Shown here: positions 23,787 through 35,162 of the stretch, piece by piece | How the letters are laid out: every line of letters starts with the position of its first letter | Numbering within the stretch: position 1 is the first letter of the stretch | Assembly: GCA_963817495.1 (NCBI GenBank) | Contig: CAWFOS010000003.1 | Coordinates: 18,433 to 82,432 of the forward strand | DNA length: 64,000 nt | From: an uncultured Alphaproteobacteria bacterium | GTDB lineage: Bacteria; Pseudomonadota; Alphaproteobacteria; Rhizobiales; Rhodomicrobiaceae | Direction of reading: 5' to 3' | Notes under the pieces: model-generated | Databases searched by the model: none | The model's input: only the letters and a program-made list of their open reading frames with translations | Told to the model about the DNA's origin: nothing | Program-made: the position numbers and the translations under genes

Positions 23787-24677
23787 TCAGGTGACCGACG
23801 CCTGGTAGATGCTCTCGATGGAGGCGTCGAGCATGGCGTTGAACTCGGCATCGGTTTGGTGAACTGACAGGCCCTCCAGCAGCGCCCGCGAGAAGCTCGC
23901 CACAACTCCATGGTTCTTTCGCAGCCTGTCGTCGGCCTCCTGCCGCGAGTAACCGCCAGACAACGCGACCACCCGCACGACTTTGGGATGGCGCACGAAG
24001 TCAACGTAGAAGTCGGATTGCTCCGGCGGGGTGAGCTTCAGCATGACCTGTTGACCCGCCGGAAGCCCGTTGAGCCCTTCGAGGATGTTTGTTTTGAGCA
24101 GCGCTTCGGCCTCAGCCTTTCCCGGGCAATGGATGTCAACCTCGGGCTCGATGATCGGGACCAGGCCCGCATTGATGATCTGCCTGGCGATGGCGAACTG
24201 TTGCTGCACAATATCCTTGATGGCTGCGGGGTTCGCCTGTTTGATAACCGAGCGCATCTTGGTGCCGAAAATGTGCTTCGATTTCCCCTTTTCGAGGAGG
24301 GTGGCGAGTTGAGGCATCGGTTTCATCCGCTGGACGCCGTCTCGCTCAGGTTCCAGACCTTTGTCAACCTTCAAGAATGGCACGATCCGCTTCACATTCC
24401 AGAGATAGTCAACCGTCGGTTGGCCTTCGATGTCCCGATCCATGGTGTCCTCGAACAGGATAGCGGCAAGGATTCGCTCTCCCGTGAAGCTCGGGCTGGT
24501 AATGACGCGGGTGCGCATCTCATGCACCAGCTCAAACATTTCATCGTCGTCCTTCCAAGAGTGGTCTTTGATTCCGTAGAGAGCGAGGGCGTGCGGTGTA
24601 CTTCCGCCACTCTGATCCAGGGCTGCAATGAACCCCGGCCGGGACTTCATCCTTTGAATCTGCTCGACGTTGCTCAT
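23787..24677 (-). CDS. Class I fructose-bisphosphate aldolase (bacterial Fda type)
   Basis: [61 protein letters not shown]. Confidence 0.95.
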   Translation of the reverse strand: MSNVEQIQRMKSRPGFIAALDQSGGSTPHALALYGIKDHSWKDDDEMFELVHEMRTRVITSPSFTGERILAAILFEDTMDRDIEGQPTVDYLWNVKRIVPFLKVDKGLEPERDGVQRMKPMPQLATLLEKGKSKHIFGTKMRSVIKQANPAAIKDIVQQQFAIARQIINAGLVPIIEPEVDIHCPGKAEAEALLKTNILEGLNGLPAGQQVMLKLTPPEQSDFYVDFVRHPKVVRVVALSGGYSRQEADDRLRKNHGVVASFSRALLEGLSVHQTDAEFNAMLDASIESIYQASVT

Positions 24678-24719
24678 TGTTGGCCTCCCTGATGATTAGG
24701 TTGTTATTGGTGCCGGGCC

Positions 24720-24875
24720 TCAGCGCGAGTACCTCAGCTTACGGTAGCGGCGGATGAGGGCGCTGGTTGAACTGTCATGATCAAGTTTGGGCTCGATATT
24801 GCTCTACAGTTCTGGAACGATGCGCTGGGCTAGCACTTTGCCTGGCTCAGCCAGTTCGAACTCCCCGGTGGTCGA
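24720..24875 (-). pseudogene. pgi: 3' remnant of glucose-6-phosphate isomerase
   Basis: [36 protein letters not shown] is the PGI C-terminal signature with an internal stop. Confidence 0.85.
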
Positions 24876-25069
24876 GCGAGCTCCGAACTCTTGCCGAAGG
24901 CCCGCTTCGGGATCGATCTCAGCGGGATAAACCACGGCAGCAAAACTTGTGCCGTCAATGCACAAGCGGGAATTCGTAGGCCTATCTGCCAATCGCCTGG
25001 GGCAAAATCATCTTAGGCGGGCCGTCTTCCTGCGGAAACTTCCATCCTGAGGAGGGACTCAGCGCAGCG

Positions 25070-25761
25070 GCATCCAGCGGTTGGAAGTTCAGAAAATCCA
25101 GAACTATCCCATGACAACAGCCGCTGTCGCCATGGCCCCCGCCGCAGCCCAGCCAATTCCCAAAAGCCAGCCGCGCACCGCGAGTTCCCCCATAATTGAA
25201 GACTGGGATGACGCAAACATGGTCGCCGCCATGATCGGCACCACAATCAGTCCGTTCACAACCGCGCTCCAATAAAGGGCCTTGACGGGGTTGATCGGCA
25301 GAAAGCTGATCACCATGCCGCCCACGGTTGCTGCGGCGATGGTGACGTAGAATGGGCCCGCTTCCCAAGGCTTGAAGCTGAGCCCGCACGTCCAGCCCCG
25401 AGCCTCGCCTAGCGCATAGCCCGCCGATCCGGCAAGAACCGGGACTGCGAGAAGACCCGTGCCAATGATGCCAAGGGTGAAAAGAGCACAGGCGAGCCCT
25501 CCTGCCAGGGGAGCGAACGCTGCGGCGGCCTCGCCCCGCCACCACTTGAATGGCCGCCATCAGCGGAAACCTTAAGAGAATGACGGAACCAAAGGAATAT
25601 CCGAATTGAGCGCCAGCCTGGCCGTAGGTGCCGATGCCACTTGGATCATCGTCAGGGCGCCAGTGATCAAGCCGGGACCTAAAATGCGAAAGAGGCGCTT
25701 GATCCCTGATTGAGGGACAGCCAGAGGCTTCTCTGGATCGAGTGTTGATGGGTTCAGCCAT
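25070..25761 (-). pseudogene. NRAMP-family divalent metal transporter, multiply deleted and frameshifted
   Basis: LGPGLITGA, DDDPSGIGTY.QAGAQFGY, INPVKALYWSAVVNG in different frames. Confidence 0.85.
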
Positions 25762-25905
25762 TGGTAGCCGCGTTGTTGAAGAAATGTGTGTGCAATCAAA
25801 ACATGCGGCCGCGGCGTGTTCGAATTGGCGAAACCGTAAGTCACGTCACCCTTGACAAGCCGCCGAAGCAACCAGGCAACCGTAACTTCGGGCGATGACC
25901 GCATT

Positions 25906-26006
25906 GGGTCATCAACGTCGATTTCGCCGTGTGTTTTAAGTGGGTCGGCTCATCCTTTCGTAGCCGAAGGAATCGTTGCAGCTGCGAAAAATGGTAGTTA
26001 GGGCCA
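25906..26006. repeat. 101-bp direct repeat, copy 1
   Basis: gggtcatcaacgtcgatttc...tagttagggcca; identical to 35062-35162 except one base. Confidence 0.97.
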
Positions 26007-27006
26007 GGAGGAGACGTAGAGGCGTACATTCTCGGTAAGAGTGGCAGACCCTGCTTATCGGGCGCTTTATTGCCCCCGCGTCCCTCTTGGATTGGCTGCC
26101 CGCCGCTCGTGGTACAGGCACTCGCAAGCTTCAACGCGCTCACAGAAAGCTATGGCCGCTGGCGTCAACGAGCGATTGCGCAGACTGAGGATGCCGTAGT
26201 TCGTCCGTAGCCAGGACGGCTGAAATGGCACCAGCGCGATGCCGTCTTCCTCTGGCACTTGCTCCAGCTTTGCCAGCGGTGCGATGCCGATCGCGTCACA
26301 AGCGCGAACGATGCGCAGGCAAGCATCCAGGGTCTGACATTCTATTTGCGGCTCGAAGTACTGGCCATTCTCCGCGAGCCTCCCGATTGCCCTTGTGCCC
26401 GCCAAAAACTCTCCGGCTCGTTTGGGAAGCTTTGGCGACACCAGCGCGTACTCGCCGACCTGTCGAACGGTCAGACGCTTGGCCCGCATCAGCGGATGCC
26501 CTACCCGGCAGTAGAACCGAAGTGGACGGTGGGGGAGTGGATTGATAACGATGTCGGATTCGCCCGAGATGGAGTCCAGTTCTCCAATCCCAATATCGAT
26601 GCGCCGTTCGCGCAGCGCCGGGGCCAGATCCCACCAGTCCTGGGTTACGATGCGCACCCTCAGATGCGGATGGCTGACCAGAATCCCAGCGACCGCATCC
26701 GGCATCCAAGTCTGTGCGACGATAGGTCCGATGCCAAGATGCAGTTCGCCGACATCCAGCCCTTTGAGCAAAGCGATGTCTCGCTTCAAATCGTCGATGT
26801 CCAACGCGACGCGCCGCGCCCTCTCAAGCAGAAGAACACCGAAGGCGGTCGGGACGGAGCCGCGGTTGGTCCGGTCGAAGAGCGTCACCGAAAACACCCG
26901 CTCCAGCTCCTGAATGGCGCGGGTGACGGTCGGCTGGGAAACATGAAGATGCTCGGCGGTCCGATGGTAAGTCCGATGTTTCTCGAGCGCCAGCGCACAT
27001 TCCAGG

Positions 27007-28470
27007 GTAACTGCTCAACCCCGCGCTTGACGTAGAATCGGGGGTGTGATTCAAGCTTGGGATGGAACTGAAGCCCCCCGATCTTAAGAAACTGACGCCG
27101 GAACAGAAGGACGATCTGATCCTTCAGTTGTGGGCGGTGGTTCTAGTTCAGGCCGAACAGATACAAGTGCTTCAAAAGCGGGTGGCAGAACTGGAAGCGC
27201 GGTTGGGCGAGCCGCCGAAGAACTCCGGTAATTCAAGCGTCCCGCCCTCCAAAGAGTTCAAAGCCAACAAAAAGACGGACGACAACAAGACAGAAGCGAA
27301 GGGGCCACGCAAAGGCAGCGTTGGACGCGAGGGAGGCGGACGTGCGCTGGCGCGGGAGCCGGACGAGACGCTGATCGCCAAGGCCAAACGCTGTTGCCAT
27401 TGCGACGCGGAACTGGGCGAAGCCGATCAAAAGCTGCACAGCCGCCATGACAAGATTGATCTGCCTCCGGTCAAACCCGTCGTGACTCGCGTCGAGCGTT
27501 ACGCGGGACATTGCCCGTGTTGCCACGGCGTGACGTTGGCTCCGGTGCCGGAGGGGATGGAGGAAGGCTCACCGTTCAGTTCCAACATTCTGGCGACGGC
27601 ATTGTACCTGCGCTTTACGCACGCTATCAGCTACAAGCGGCTGAGCCAGTTGTTTTTGCACCTGTTCGCTTTGACGATCAGCGAAGGCGCGTTGGACGCC
27701 ATGTTCCAAAAAGCTAAGCCGCGCTTCGATGATAAGGTCGCCGCCATTCTGGCGCGTCTGCGCAAATCCCGCGTCATTTATTCCGACGAGACCAGCGTGC
27801 GCATCGACGGGAAAACGTGCTGGAACTGGGTGTTTCAGAACAAGGACGTCGTGATTCACGTCGTGCGCCACAGCCGCGCTACGAGCGTCGTCACCGAGGT
27901 TTTGAACGGCCACCGCCCCACGTTGTGGGTATCGGATTTGTATGGCGCGCAGCAAGGCCACGCCGACAAATGGCAGGTCTGTCTCGCGCATCAACTGCGA
28001 AACTGCCAGTTCGCCATCGAAGCAGGCGACATGGTTTTTGCGCCGCGCATGAAGGCGTGGCTGCTGCGCGTGTGCGTGTTGGCGCGACGGCGAAGCGAAC
28101 TGGCCGAGGCCACGCGACGCGATTACAAACGGCGTTTTGAAAATGATCTCGACAAAATCATGGCTCTCTCGCCAGAAAATAGGCATGGCCGCCGCTTGCG
28201 AAAACGCTACGGTAAAATCCGCGACAGCTTGCTGACGTTTTTGGATCACCCCGAAATCGCGCCCGACAACAACAGCTCCGAACGCGAGCTTCGTCCCACC
28301 GCGACCTACCGCAAAGTCACCGGAGGCTTCCGCTCCGACTGGGGGGCCGAACTCTTCGCAGGCGTCCGCTCCGTCGTCGGCACCGCAGCCAGAAACGGCC
28401 AAACCCCCTTTAACGCTATCCGCGCAACCCTTGGTTTATCATGCGCTTATGGGGTGGGTTGAGCAGATAC
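27007..28470 (+). mobile_element. IS66-family element (single-ORF, tnpC-only type)
   Basis: TIRs GTAACTGCTCAACCC / GGGTTGAGCAGATAC; 8-bp TSD ATTCCAGG at 26999-27006 and 28471-28478. Confidence 0.96.
27062..28462 (+). CDS. IS66 transposase
   Basis: NSGNSSVPPS, zinc ribbon (CCHC/CPCC), SDETS, QVCLAH, PDNNSSERELR, RKVTGGFRS. Confidence 0.95.
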   Translation: MELKPPDLKKLTPEQKDDLILQLWAVVLVQAEQIQVLQKRVAELEARLGEPPKNSGNSSVPPSKEFKANKKTDDNKTEAKGPRKGSVGREGGGRALAREPDETLIAKAKRCCHCDAELGEADQKLHSRHDKIDLPPVKPVVTRVERYAGHCPCCHGVTLAPVPEGMEEGSPFSSNILATALYLRFTHAISYKRLSQLFLHLFALTISEGALDAMFQKAKPRFDDKVAAILARLRKSRVIYSDETSVRIDGKTCWNWVFQNKDVVIHVVRHSRATSVVTEVLNGHRPTLWVSDLYGAQQGHADKWQVCLAHQLRNCQFAIEAGDMVFAPRMKAWLLRVCVLARRRSELAEATRRDYKRRFENDLDKIMALSPENRHGRRLRKRYGKIRDSLLTFLDHPEIAPDNNSSERELRPTATYRKVTGGFRSDWGAELFAGVRSVVGTAARNGQTPFNAIRATLGLSCAYGVG

Positions 28471-28684
28471 ATTCCAGGAGGTAGAGCATTATTCGTCTCC
28501 TGCATTCCTGTCAGACAAAGGCAAACTGGATGTTACCATGAAAACGAGGTAATAATAGTCGGCCGCCTGATCAATATAACTTCGGCGTGGCAGTAAAAAG
28601 CTTCATCTTGGCCATAAAGCCGGGCATAGCTTTGTCTCGACCATTAGTCAGTAAACAGAGGGTGGGTAACGGAGTGGTAAGTTC

Positions 28685-30356
28685 ATGAGCTCTCATTCGA
28701 AAGTCCCCAGATACGCATTCGGCCTCTTAGCCGGCGCGCTGCTGTCGGCGACAATGCTGACCACCGTCGCGCAGGCGCAAGATCGGCGGGATGAGCGCAG
28801 GGAAGAGCGGGCAATACGAGAGGAAGCGGAAAAAGCGAAAGGCAAGCAGCCCAATATTCTCTTTATCATGGGCGATGACATCGGCTGGATGCAGCCAGGC
28901 ATCTATCATCGCGGCCTCATGGTCGGCGAGACGCCGAACATCGACCGCATCGGCCAGGAAGGCGCAGTCTTCATGGACTATGTCGCCATGCAGAGCTGTA
29001 CCTCCGGGCGCAACGCCTTCTTTACCGGCATGTATCCGCTGCGCACCGGCATGATCCCGCCGCAACTGCCCGGCAGCCCGTCCTATCTGCGGCCCGGCAC
29101 GCCGGCGATCGCCAAATTCCTGCACGATCTCGGCTATACCACAGGCGAGTTCGGCAAGAACCATCTGGGCGACCACACGGCAGCTCTGCCGACGGCGCAC
29201 GGCTTCGAGGAATATTGGGGCTATCTCTATCACCTCGATGCCATGCAGCAGGTGAGCTTCCCCGACATCAACAAGACGCCGACCGAGCAAGTTATCGCGC
29301 CGCCGTGCAAGAACACGCCCATCCCCGGCATCCCCGAGGTTCCGGGCGCCGTCGACCCCAGAACAGCGACATGCATGACGCCGCCGCGCCCGATCATCTG
29401 GTGCCATTCCTCCGATGGAACGGAAAAGAATCAGACCTGCAAGGACGAAGGGCAGCTGACGCTGGACCGGTCGAGAACGGTGGACGAGGAAATTTCTGCC
29501 AAGGTGATCGACTTCCTCGACCGTAACGATCCGAAGAAGACCAACAAGCCCTTCTTCGTCTGGTACAACCCGGCGCGCATGCATGTGACGACGATGCTGT
29601 CGCCGAAGTACGAAGCCATGCTGGGCACACAGGGAGGCAAGGACTGGGGCATCAACGAAGCCGGCATGAAGCAGCTCGACGACAATATCGGCGAGGTGCT
29701 CAAAAAGCTTGAGGACATGGGCCAGCTCGACAATACGGTCGTGGTCTTCACAACCGACAACGGCGCTGAGGCGATCACCTTCCCCGATGGCGGCGTCACC
29801 CCGTTCAAGGGCCAGAAGGGCGAGGCCTGGGAAGGCGGGTATCGTGCCCCGCTCGTGGTCCGCTGGCCGGGCCACATCAAACCCGGCACGGTGCATAACC
29901 AGCTCTTCGCGGCGCTCGACTGGCTGCCGACGCTGGTCGACATCGCCGGCGGCCCCAAGGGAGACGAGTTGAAAAAGCAGATCGAGAAGGGCGAATATCC
30001 CGGCGGTGCGCTACAAGAACTGGAAGATGTACTACAACATGTCGCAGCCTGGAGCGACGGGCTGGATCTTGCCGCTGATCCCGTTCCACTTCACCCTGGT
30101 GCAGAATATCAAGCGTGATCCGTTCGAGCAGGCTGTCGGCGAAAGCCAGAAGACGGCGCTCGGCCTTGGCGGCGCGCTCGCGGCTCCAAGCACCGCCTTC
30201 CTGTATGACTGGAACATGCTGCCCATCGGCCAGCTGCTATGGCTGAAGGAACTTGAATCGTACAAGCAGTTTCCGCCGATGCAGGCGCCTGAGAGCTGGA
30301 ACCTCAGTCAGGTCCTGGAGCAGGTCAAGGCCGGTACCGGTCATCCACAGGAATGA
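28685..30356 (+). pseudogene. Secreted arylsulfatase 1; internal deletion/frameshift near 30003
   Basis: Signal peptide, PNILFIMGDDIG, QSCTSGR, GKNHLGD; the C-terminus VRYKNWKMYY... continues in ORF 30006-30356. Confidence 0.9.
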
Positions 30357-30436
30357 TTGCTGAAAACGGACGCGGGCGGCCAAGGTCGCCCGCTGCCAAG
30401 AGCCGTGCCGGGTGACTGGCCTATGTCGACTGACAG

Positions 30437-31495
30437 GTGACGATCATGCAATCCTCCTCATCCGGCCCGAACCGGCGCGCTGTGCTCGGCGGGCTTGCGG
30501 CGCTGCCGCTCTTGTCGGGATCATTTCTGTCGAACTCCGCGCAGGCGCAAACGGCGCCGGGCGATCCCCTCCCGTCATGGAACGATGGCCCGGCTAAAGC
30601 CGCCATCATCGGCCTCGTCAAATCGACGACCGACGCCGCGAGCCCCAACTTCGTGCCGCCCGACGCACGCATTGCCACCTTCGACCAGGACGGCACAACC
30701 TGGGTCGAGCATCCGGTCTACACGCAGGTGGTCTACATCCTCGACCGCGTCCCGGCGGTGGTGAAGGAAAAGCCGCATCTGAAAGAGGTCGAGGCGTTCA
30801 AGACCGTGTTGTCTCGCGACCGCGAGGCGATCGCCAAGCTTACCCTCAAGGAGTTGGAGGAGATCGCCGTGGCGACCCTCACCGGCATGACGGTGGACGA
30901 CTTCAAGGTTGACGTGGCGGAGTGGATCACGACGGCCAAGCACCCGCGATGGAACCGTCTCTACACCGATCTGACCTACCAGCCGATGCTCGAAGTCATG
31001 CAATACCTGCGCGACAACGGCTACAAGACCTTCATCGTGACAGGCGGCGGCCAGGATTTCGTGCGGACCTATTCCCAACGTGTGTACGGCATCCCGCCCT
31101 GGCAGGTCGTGGGCACGGCGGGCGGCACGAAATTCGGCTATGACAAGGACGGAAGACCGTTCCTGACCAAGGAGCCGAGGCTGCTCCTGAATGACAACAA
31201 CGCAGGCAAGGCGGAAGGCATTCACCTAGAGATAGGGCTGCGCCCCGTCATCGCGTTTGGCAATTCGACCGGCGACCGCGAAATGCTCGAATACACCACC
31301 GGGGGGTCGGGTGCACGGCTGGGTCTTCTGGTCCTGCACGACGACGCGGCGCGCGAATATGCCTATGGACCAGCGCGAGGACTGCCTGACACGAGGGTCG
31401 GGACTTTCACTGAGGCGCTGTACGACGAAGCGAAGAAGGACGGATGGCAGATCATCAGCATGAAGAACGACTGGAACCGGATCTTCCCATTATGA
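30437..31495 (+). CDS. Tat-exported HAD-superfamily hydrolase/phosphatase
   Basis: NRRAVL Tat motif, LPSWNDG, ATFDQDGT, VTGGG, FGNSTGD, ISMKNDW. Confidence 0.9.
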   Translation: MTIMQSSSSGPNRRAVLGGLAALPLLSGSFLSNSAQAQTAPGDPLPSWNDGPAKAAIIGLVKSTTDAASPNFVPPDARIATFDQDGTTWVEHPVYTQVVYILDRVPAVVKEKPHLKEVEAFKTVLSRDREAIAKLTLKELEEIAVATLTGMTVDDFKVDVAEWITTAKHPRWNRLYTDLTYQPMLEVMQYLRDNGYKTFIVTGGGQDFVRTYSQRVYGIPPWQVVGTAGGTKFGYDKDGRPFLTKEPRLLLNDNNAGKAEGIHLEIGLRPVIAFGNSTGDREMLEYTTGGSGARLGLLVLHDDAAREYAYGPARGLPDTRVGTFTEALYDEAKKDGWQIISMKNDWNRIFPL

Positions 31496-31623
31496 GCGAT
31501 CCTGAAGACGCTGCGTCGCGGTGATGACCGCCATGGTCGGTCAAGCGATCACGCCGCGCAGGAGGCGGGGTAGCGTACGCCGGTGCCCAATATCTCAGTT
31601 TGATTCAATTAGCGGAGGTGTAA

Positions 31624-33246
31624 ATGAGACGCAGGATGTCCGTGCAGCTTGGCCTCTCTATCCTGGCCGCTGCCTCGGCGCTGGTTTGGGCTTCGTTTGG
31701 TCCGGCGCAGGCTCAAGCCCAGCAGGAGCAGAGGCCGAATATTCTCATCATCATGGGCGACGACATCGGCCAGTTCAACATCAGCGCCTATAACAATGGC
31801 CTGATGGGGTACAGCACCCCCAACATCGACCGCATTGCCAAGGAAGGCGCGCTGTTCACCGACTATTATGGTCAGCAAAGCTGCACCGCCGGCCGCGCCG
31901 CCTTTATCACCGGGCAGTCGCCGATCCGGACCGGCCTCACCAAGGTTGGCTTGCCTGGGGCGCCGGAGGGGATGAGCGACAAAGACCCGACCATCGCCAC
32001 GCTGCTGAAAGCCAAGGGCTATGTGACCGGCCAGTTCGGCAAGAACCATCTGGGCGACCGCAACGAGCATCTGCCCACCGTGCACGGCTTCGATAAGTTC
32101 TTTGGCAACCTTTACCATCTCAACGCCGAAGAGGAGCCGGAAAACGAGGACTACCCGAAGGATCCCGCCTTCAAGGCGAAGTTCGCGCCGCGAGGCGTGT
32201 TGAAATGCGTGGCCACGAGTTCGGACACGTCCCCGCCAGATCCGCGTTTTGGCAAATGGGGCAACCAGAAGTGCGAGGATACCGGTCCGCTCTCAAAGAA
32301 GCGCATGGAGACGATCGACGAAGAATTCCTTGGCGACACTCTCGGCTTCATCGATCAGGCCAATAAAGACAAGAAGCCCTTCTTCGTCTGGTTCAACTCG
32401 ACCCGCATGCACATCTGGACCTATCTCAAGAAGGAGTCCCAGGGCAAGACCGGTCTTGGCATCTATCCCGATGGCATGGTGGAGCACGACGGTCAGGTGG
32501 GGCAGTTGCTCAAAAAGCTTGACGATCTCGGCATCGCGAACAACACGATCGTCGTCTATTCCACCGACAATGGCGCCGAGACCATGAGCTGGCCCGACGG
32601 CGGCACCACGATCTTCCGCAGCGAGAAGAATACCAACTGGGAAGGCGCCTATCGCGTCCCGGCGATGGTGCGCTGGCCGGGTCTGGTGCGGCCCGGCACG
32701 GTGATCAACGACATCTTTGCGCACGAGGACTGGCTCACCACGCTGATGGCCGCGGTGGGCGAGCCGCAAATCGCGGACAAGCTCATGAAGGGTGAAACCG
32801 TGGGCGGCGCGACGTACAAGGTGCACCTCGACGGCTACGATCAGCGCGATCTGCTCGCCAAGGGCAACGGTAACGGCAAGCGCAAGGAGTTCATTTACTG
32901 GACCGATGACGGCAACGTGGCGGCGCTGCGCTTCAACCGCTGGAAGATGGTGTTCATGGAGCAGCGCGCCCATGGGTTCGACGTTTGGCAGGACCCCTTC
33001 GTGGTGCTGCGGCTGCCGAAACTGTTCGACCTGCGGGCGGATCCGTTTGAACGCGCGGATCACGAGGCGATCGGCTACGCGCGGTGGCGCATCGATCGGG
33101 CCTTCCTCATCGCACCGGCGGCGGGCTACGTCGCCCAGTGGCTGCAAACCTTTCAGGACTTCCCGCCGCGCCAAAAGCCCGGCACGTTCAACCTGAATAA
33201 TGTGATGACGAAACTCACGAGCCCGACGGGCGGTGCGCCCGACTGA
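31624..33246 (+). CDS. Secreted arylsulfatase 2 (Cys-type)
   Basis: PNILIIMGDDIG, QSCTAGRAAFITG, GKNHLGD, STDNG. Confidence 0.95.
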   Translation: MRRRMSVQLGLSILAAASALVWASFGPAQAQAQQEQRPNILIIMGDDIGQFNISAYNNGLMGYSTPNIDRIAKEGALFTDYYGQQSCTAGRAAFITGQSPIRTGLTKVGLPGAPEGMSDKDPTIATLLKAKGYVTGQFGKNHLGDRNEHLPTVHGFDKFFGNLYHLNAEEEPENEDYPKDPAFKAKFAPRGVLKCVATSSDTSPPDPRFGKWGNQKCEDTGPLSKKRMETIDEEFLGDTLGFIDQANKDKKPFFVWFNSTRMHIWTYLKKESQGKTGLGIYPDGMVEHDGQVGQLLKKLDDLGIANNTIVVYSTDNGAETMSWPDGGTTIFRSEKNTNWEGAYRVPAMVRWPGLVRPGTVINDIFAHEDWLTTLMAAVGEPQIADKLMKGETVGGATYKVHLDGYDQRDLLAKGNGNGKRKEFIYWTDDGNVAALRFNRWKMVFMEQRAHGFDVWQDPFVVLRLPKLFDLRADPFERADHEAIGYARWRIDRAFLIAPAAGYVAQWLQTFQDFPPRQKPGTFNLNNVMTKLTSPTGGAPD

Positions 33247-33478
33247 GTTCGACCGGGGGCGCCAGGCTAAGTTGGCGTCCCGTTCTGCTCCCGGCGGGGG
33301 AGAGTGAGGTCAAACTCTGCCTGAAATAGGGAGCCGGCACGGCAAGGTATTGAATAGCCTGAGGGTGGGAGGATCGATGCGCATTGTTGGAAGACAGGCG
33401 CGCCGCGCTCCTACCTTCTTGAGCGAAGGCGAGCAACGTTTTCGTCATGAGCTTTGAGTAACTAGCGAAGGAGTTAGC

Positions 33479-34993
33479 ATGAAACGCAACTTCATCACCG
33501 CAGTCTTGTGGCTGCTGGCTGCGGCTGCGCTTCTTGACGCACTCGGTCCAGCTCAGGCAGCGGACAAGAAACCCAATGTCGTGTTCATTCTCGCCGACAA
33601 CGTCGGCTATGGCGACTTGGGCGCCTACGGCGGTGGCGAGCTACGCGGCGCGCCGACGCCGCGGATCGACCAGCTGGCGCGCGAGGGCTTACGGCTCACC
33701 CAGTTTCTGGTCGAGCCCGCGTGCACGCCATCACGCGCAGCGCTGATGACGGGGCAATACTCCATCCGCAACGGCCTATCGCTGGTCCTCGTTCCGGGCT
33801 CCGACGCTACGCTCTCGGCGCACGCCTACACGATGGGCGACATGTTCCACGGGCTCGGCTACGCCACCGCGATTTATGGCAAGTGGCACCTCGGCAGCGA
33901 GCCGCAGAGCCTGCCGACCTCGCACGGTTTTGACGAGTTCTACGGCATCCCGCCCGACATCTCCTGGGATTCGGCGACCTATGTCGACACGATTGAACTC
34001 ACGCACTCGATTGACGCGCCGCCCGATGTGCTGCTGTCAAAGGGGCCGCACATCGTCGAGTCCGTGCTGGGCGGGCCGTTGCGCACGGTCAAACCCTTCA
34101 CGCGGGAAGTCCGCGCCGAGATCGATAACGAACTGACGACGAAATCCATCGCCTTCATGAAGCGCAGCCACGCGGCGGGCAAGCCGTTCTTCCTCTACCT
34201 GCCATTTTCGATGGGGCACTTCCCCAATCTCCCGTCGAAGGACTTTGCGGGCAAGTCGCAGATTGGCCAATACGGCGACAAACTGATGGAAGGCGACTTC
34301 CATGTCGGCCAGATTTTAGACGCGCTGAAGGAACTCAGGCTCGACGACGACACGATCCTGATATTTGCCTCAGACAATGGGCCGCAAGGCGAAACTGCGC
34401 GCGAGATGGGCAACGACGCGACGCAGGACATGGGCAATTCCGGTCCGTTCCGGGGCGAACTCGGCGAGGCCACCGAGGGCGCGATCCGCACCTTCGCCTT
34501 CATCCGCTGGCCCAGCCACGTCAAGTCGGACACGACGTCCTACGCCATGTTCTCGATCATGGATTTCTTTCCGACCCTGGCCAGCATCGTCGGCGGCAAG
34601 ATACCGACCGATCGGCCGATCGATGGCGTGGACCAGAGCGACGTTCTGTTCGGTAAGAGCCCAACAGGCCATCGCGATCACCTCTTGACCTTCATCGGAC
34701 CGCAGCTGGTGGCGGAGCGATGGAAGCAATGGCGCGTCTATTTCACCGACATCCACCCGACCGGCATCGGCCCGGAGCGTCTGCCGGGGATGGCTTCCGC
34801 GAGCGGAACGATGGCCGGCTACCCCAAGGTCTACAACATCCAAATGGACCCACATGAGGACCACAATGTCGCGGCGATGTTCGGCTGGGTCGCCGATCCC
34901 GCGCTGGAGGAAGTCAGGAAATACGAGGAGTCGGTCAAGAAATATCCAAACCCGCTGGCGCCCAACATCACCGTGTTTGGCCGGGGTGGCTAA
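33479..34993 (+). CDS. Secreted arylsulfatase 3 (Cys-type)
   Basis: PNVVFILADNVGYGD, ACTPSRAALMTG, YGKWHLG, ASDNG. Confidence 0.95.
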   Translation: MKRNFITAVLWLLAAAALLDALGPAQAADKKPNVVFILADNVGYGDLGAYGGGELRGAPTPRIDQLAREGLRLTQFLVEPACTPSRAALMTGQYSIRNGLSLVLVPGSDATLSAHAYTMGDMFHGLGYATAIYGKWHLGSEPQSLPTSHGFDEFYGIPPDISWDSATYVDTIELTHSIDAPPDVLLSKGPHIVESVLGGPLRTVKPFTREVRAEIDNELTTKSIAFMKRSHAAGKPFFLYLPFSMGHFPNLPSKDFAGKSQIGQYGDKLMEGDFHVGQILDALKELRLDDDTILIFASDNGPQGETAREMGNDATQDMGNSGPFRGELGEATEGAIRTFAFIRWPSHVKSDTTSYAMFSIMDFFPTLASIVGGKIPTDRPIDGVDQSDVLFGKSPTGHRDHLLTFIGPQLVAERWKQWRVYFTDIHPTGIGPERLPGMASASGTMAGYPKVYNIQMDPHEDHNVAAMFGWVADPALEEVRKYEESVKKYPNPLAPNITVFGRGG

Positions 34994-35061
34994 ACGGCGT
35001 TAAATTCAGATTGCCCAGCGCACCGCTGCCAGATTTCCTTTATGTCTGAAGAGTCCGCAAC

Positions 35062-35162
35062 GGGTCATCAACGTCGATTTCGCCGTGTGTTTTAAGTGGG
35101 TCCGCTCATCCTTTCGTAGCCGAAGGAATCGTTGCAGCTGCGAAAAATGGTAGTTAGGGCCA
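35062..35162. repeat. 101-bp direct repeat, copy 2
   Basis: Matches 25906-26006 with one mismatch (gtccgctc vs gtcggctc). Confidence 0.97.

Larger units (their letters stand above)
26067..28489 (-). pseudogene. LysR-type regulator disrupted by IS66
   Basis: Removing the IS and one TSD copy restores MLYLLECALALEKHRTYHRTAEHLHVSQPTVTRAIQELERVFSVTLFDRTNR; substrate-binding domain in ORF 26067-26897. Confidence 0.93.

Noticed and set aside
25895-26017. CRISPR-like reading of the palindromic units
   Set aside because: Units are not identical repeats with unique spacers, and no cas genes are present
30371-30393. Hairpin after sulfatase 1 as a terminator
   Set aside because: GC stem without a U-tract inside an apparent operon; function unsupported
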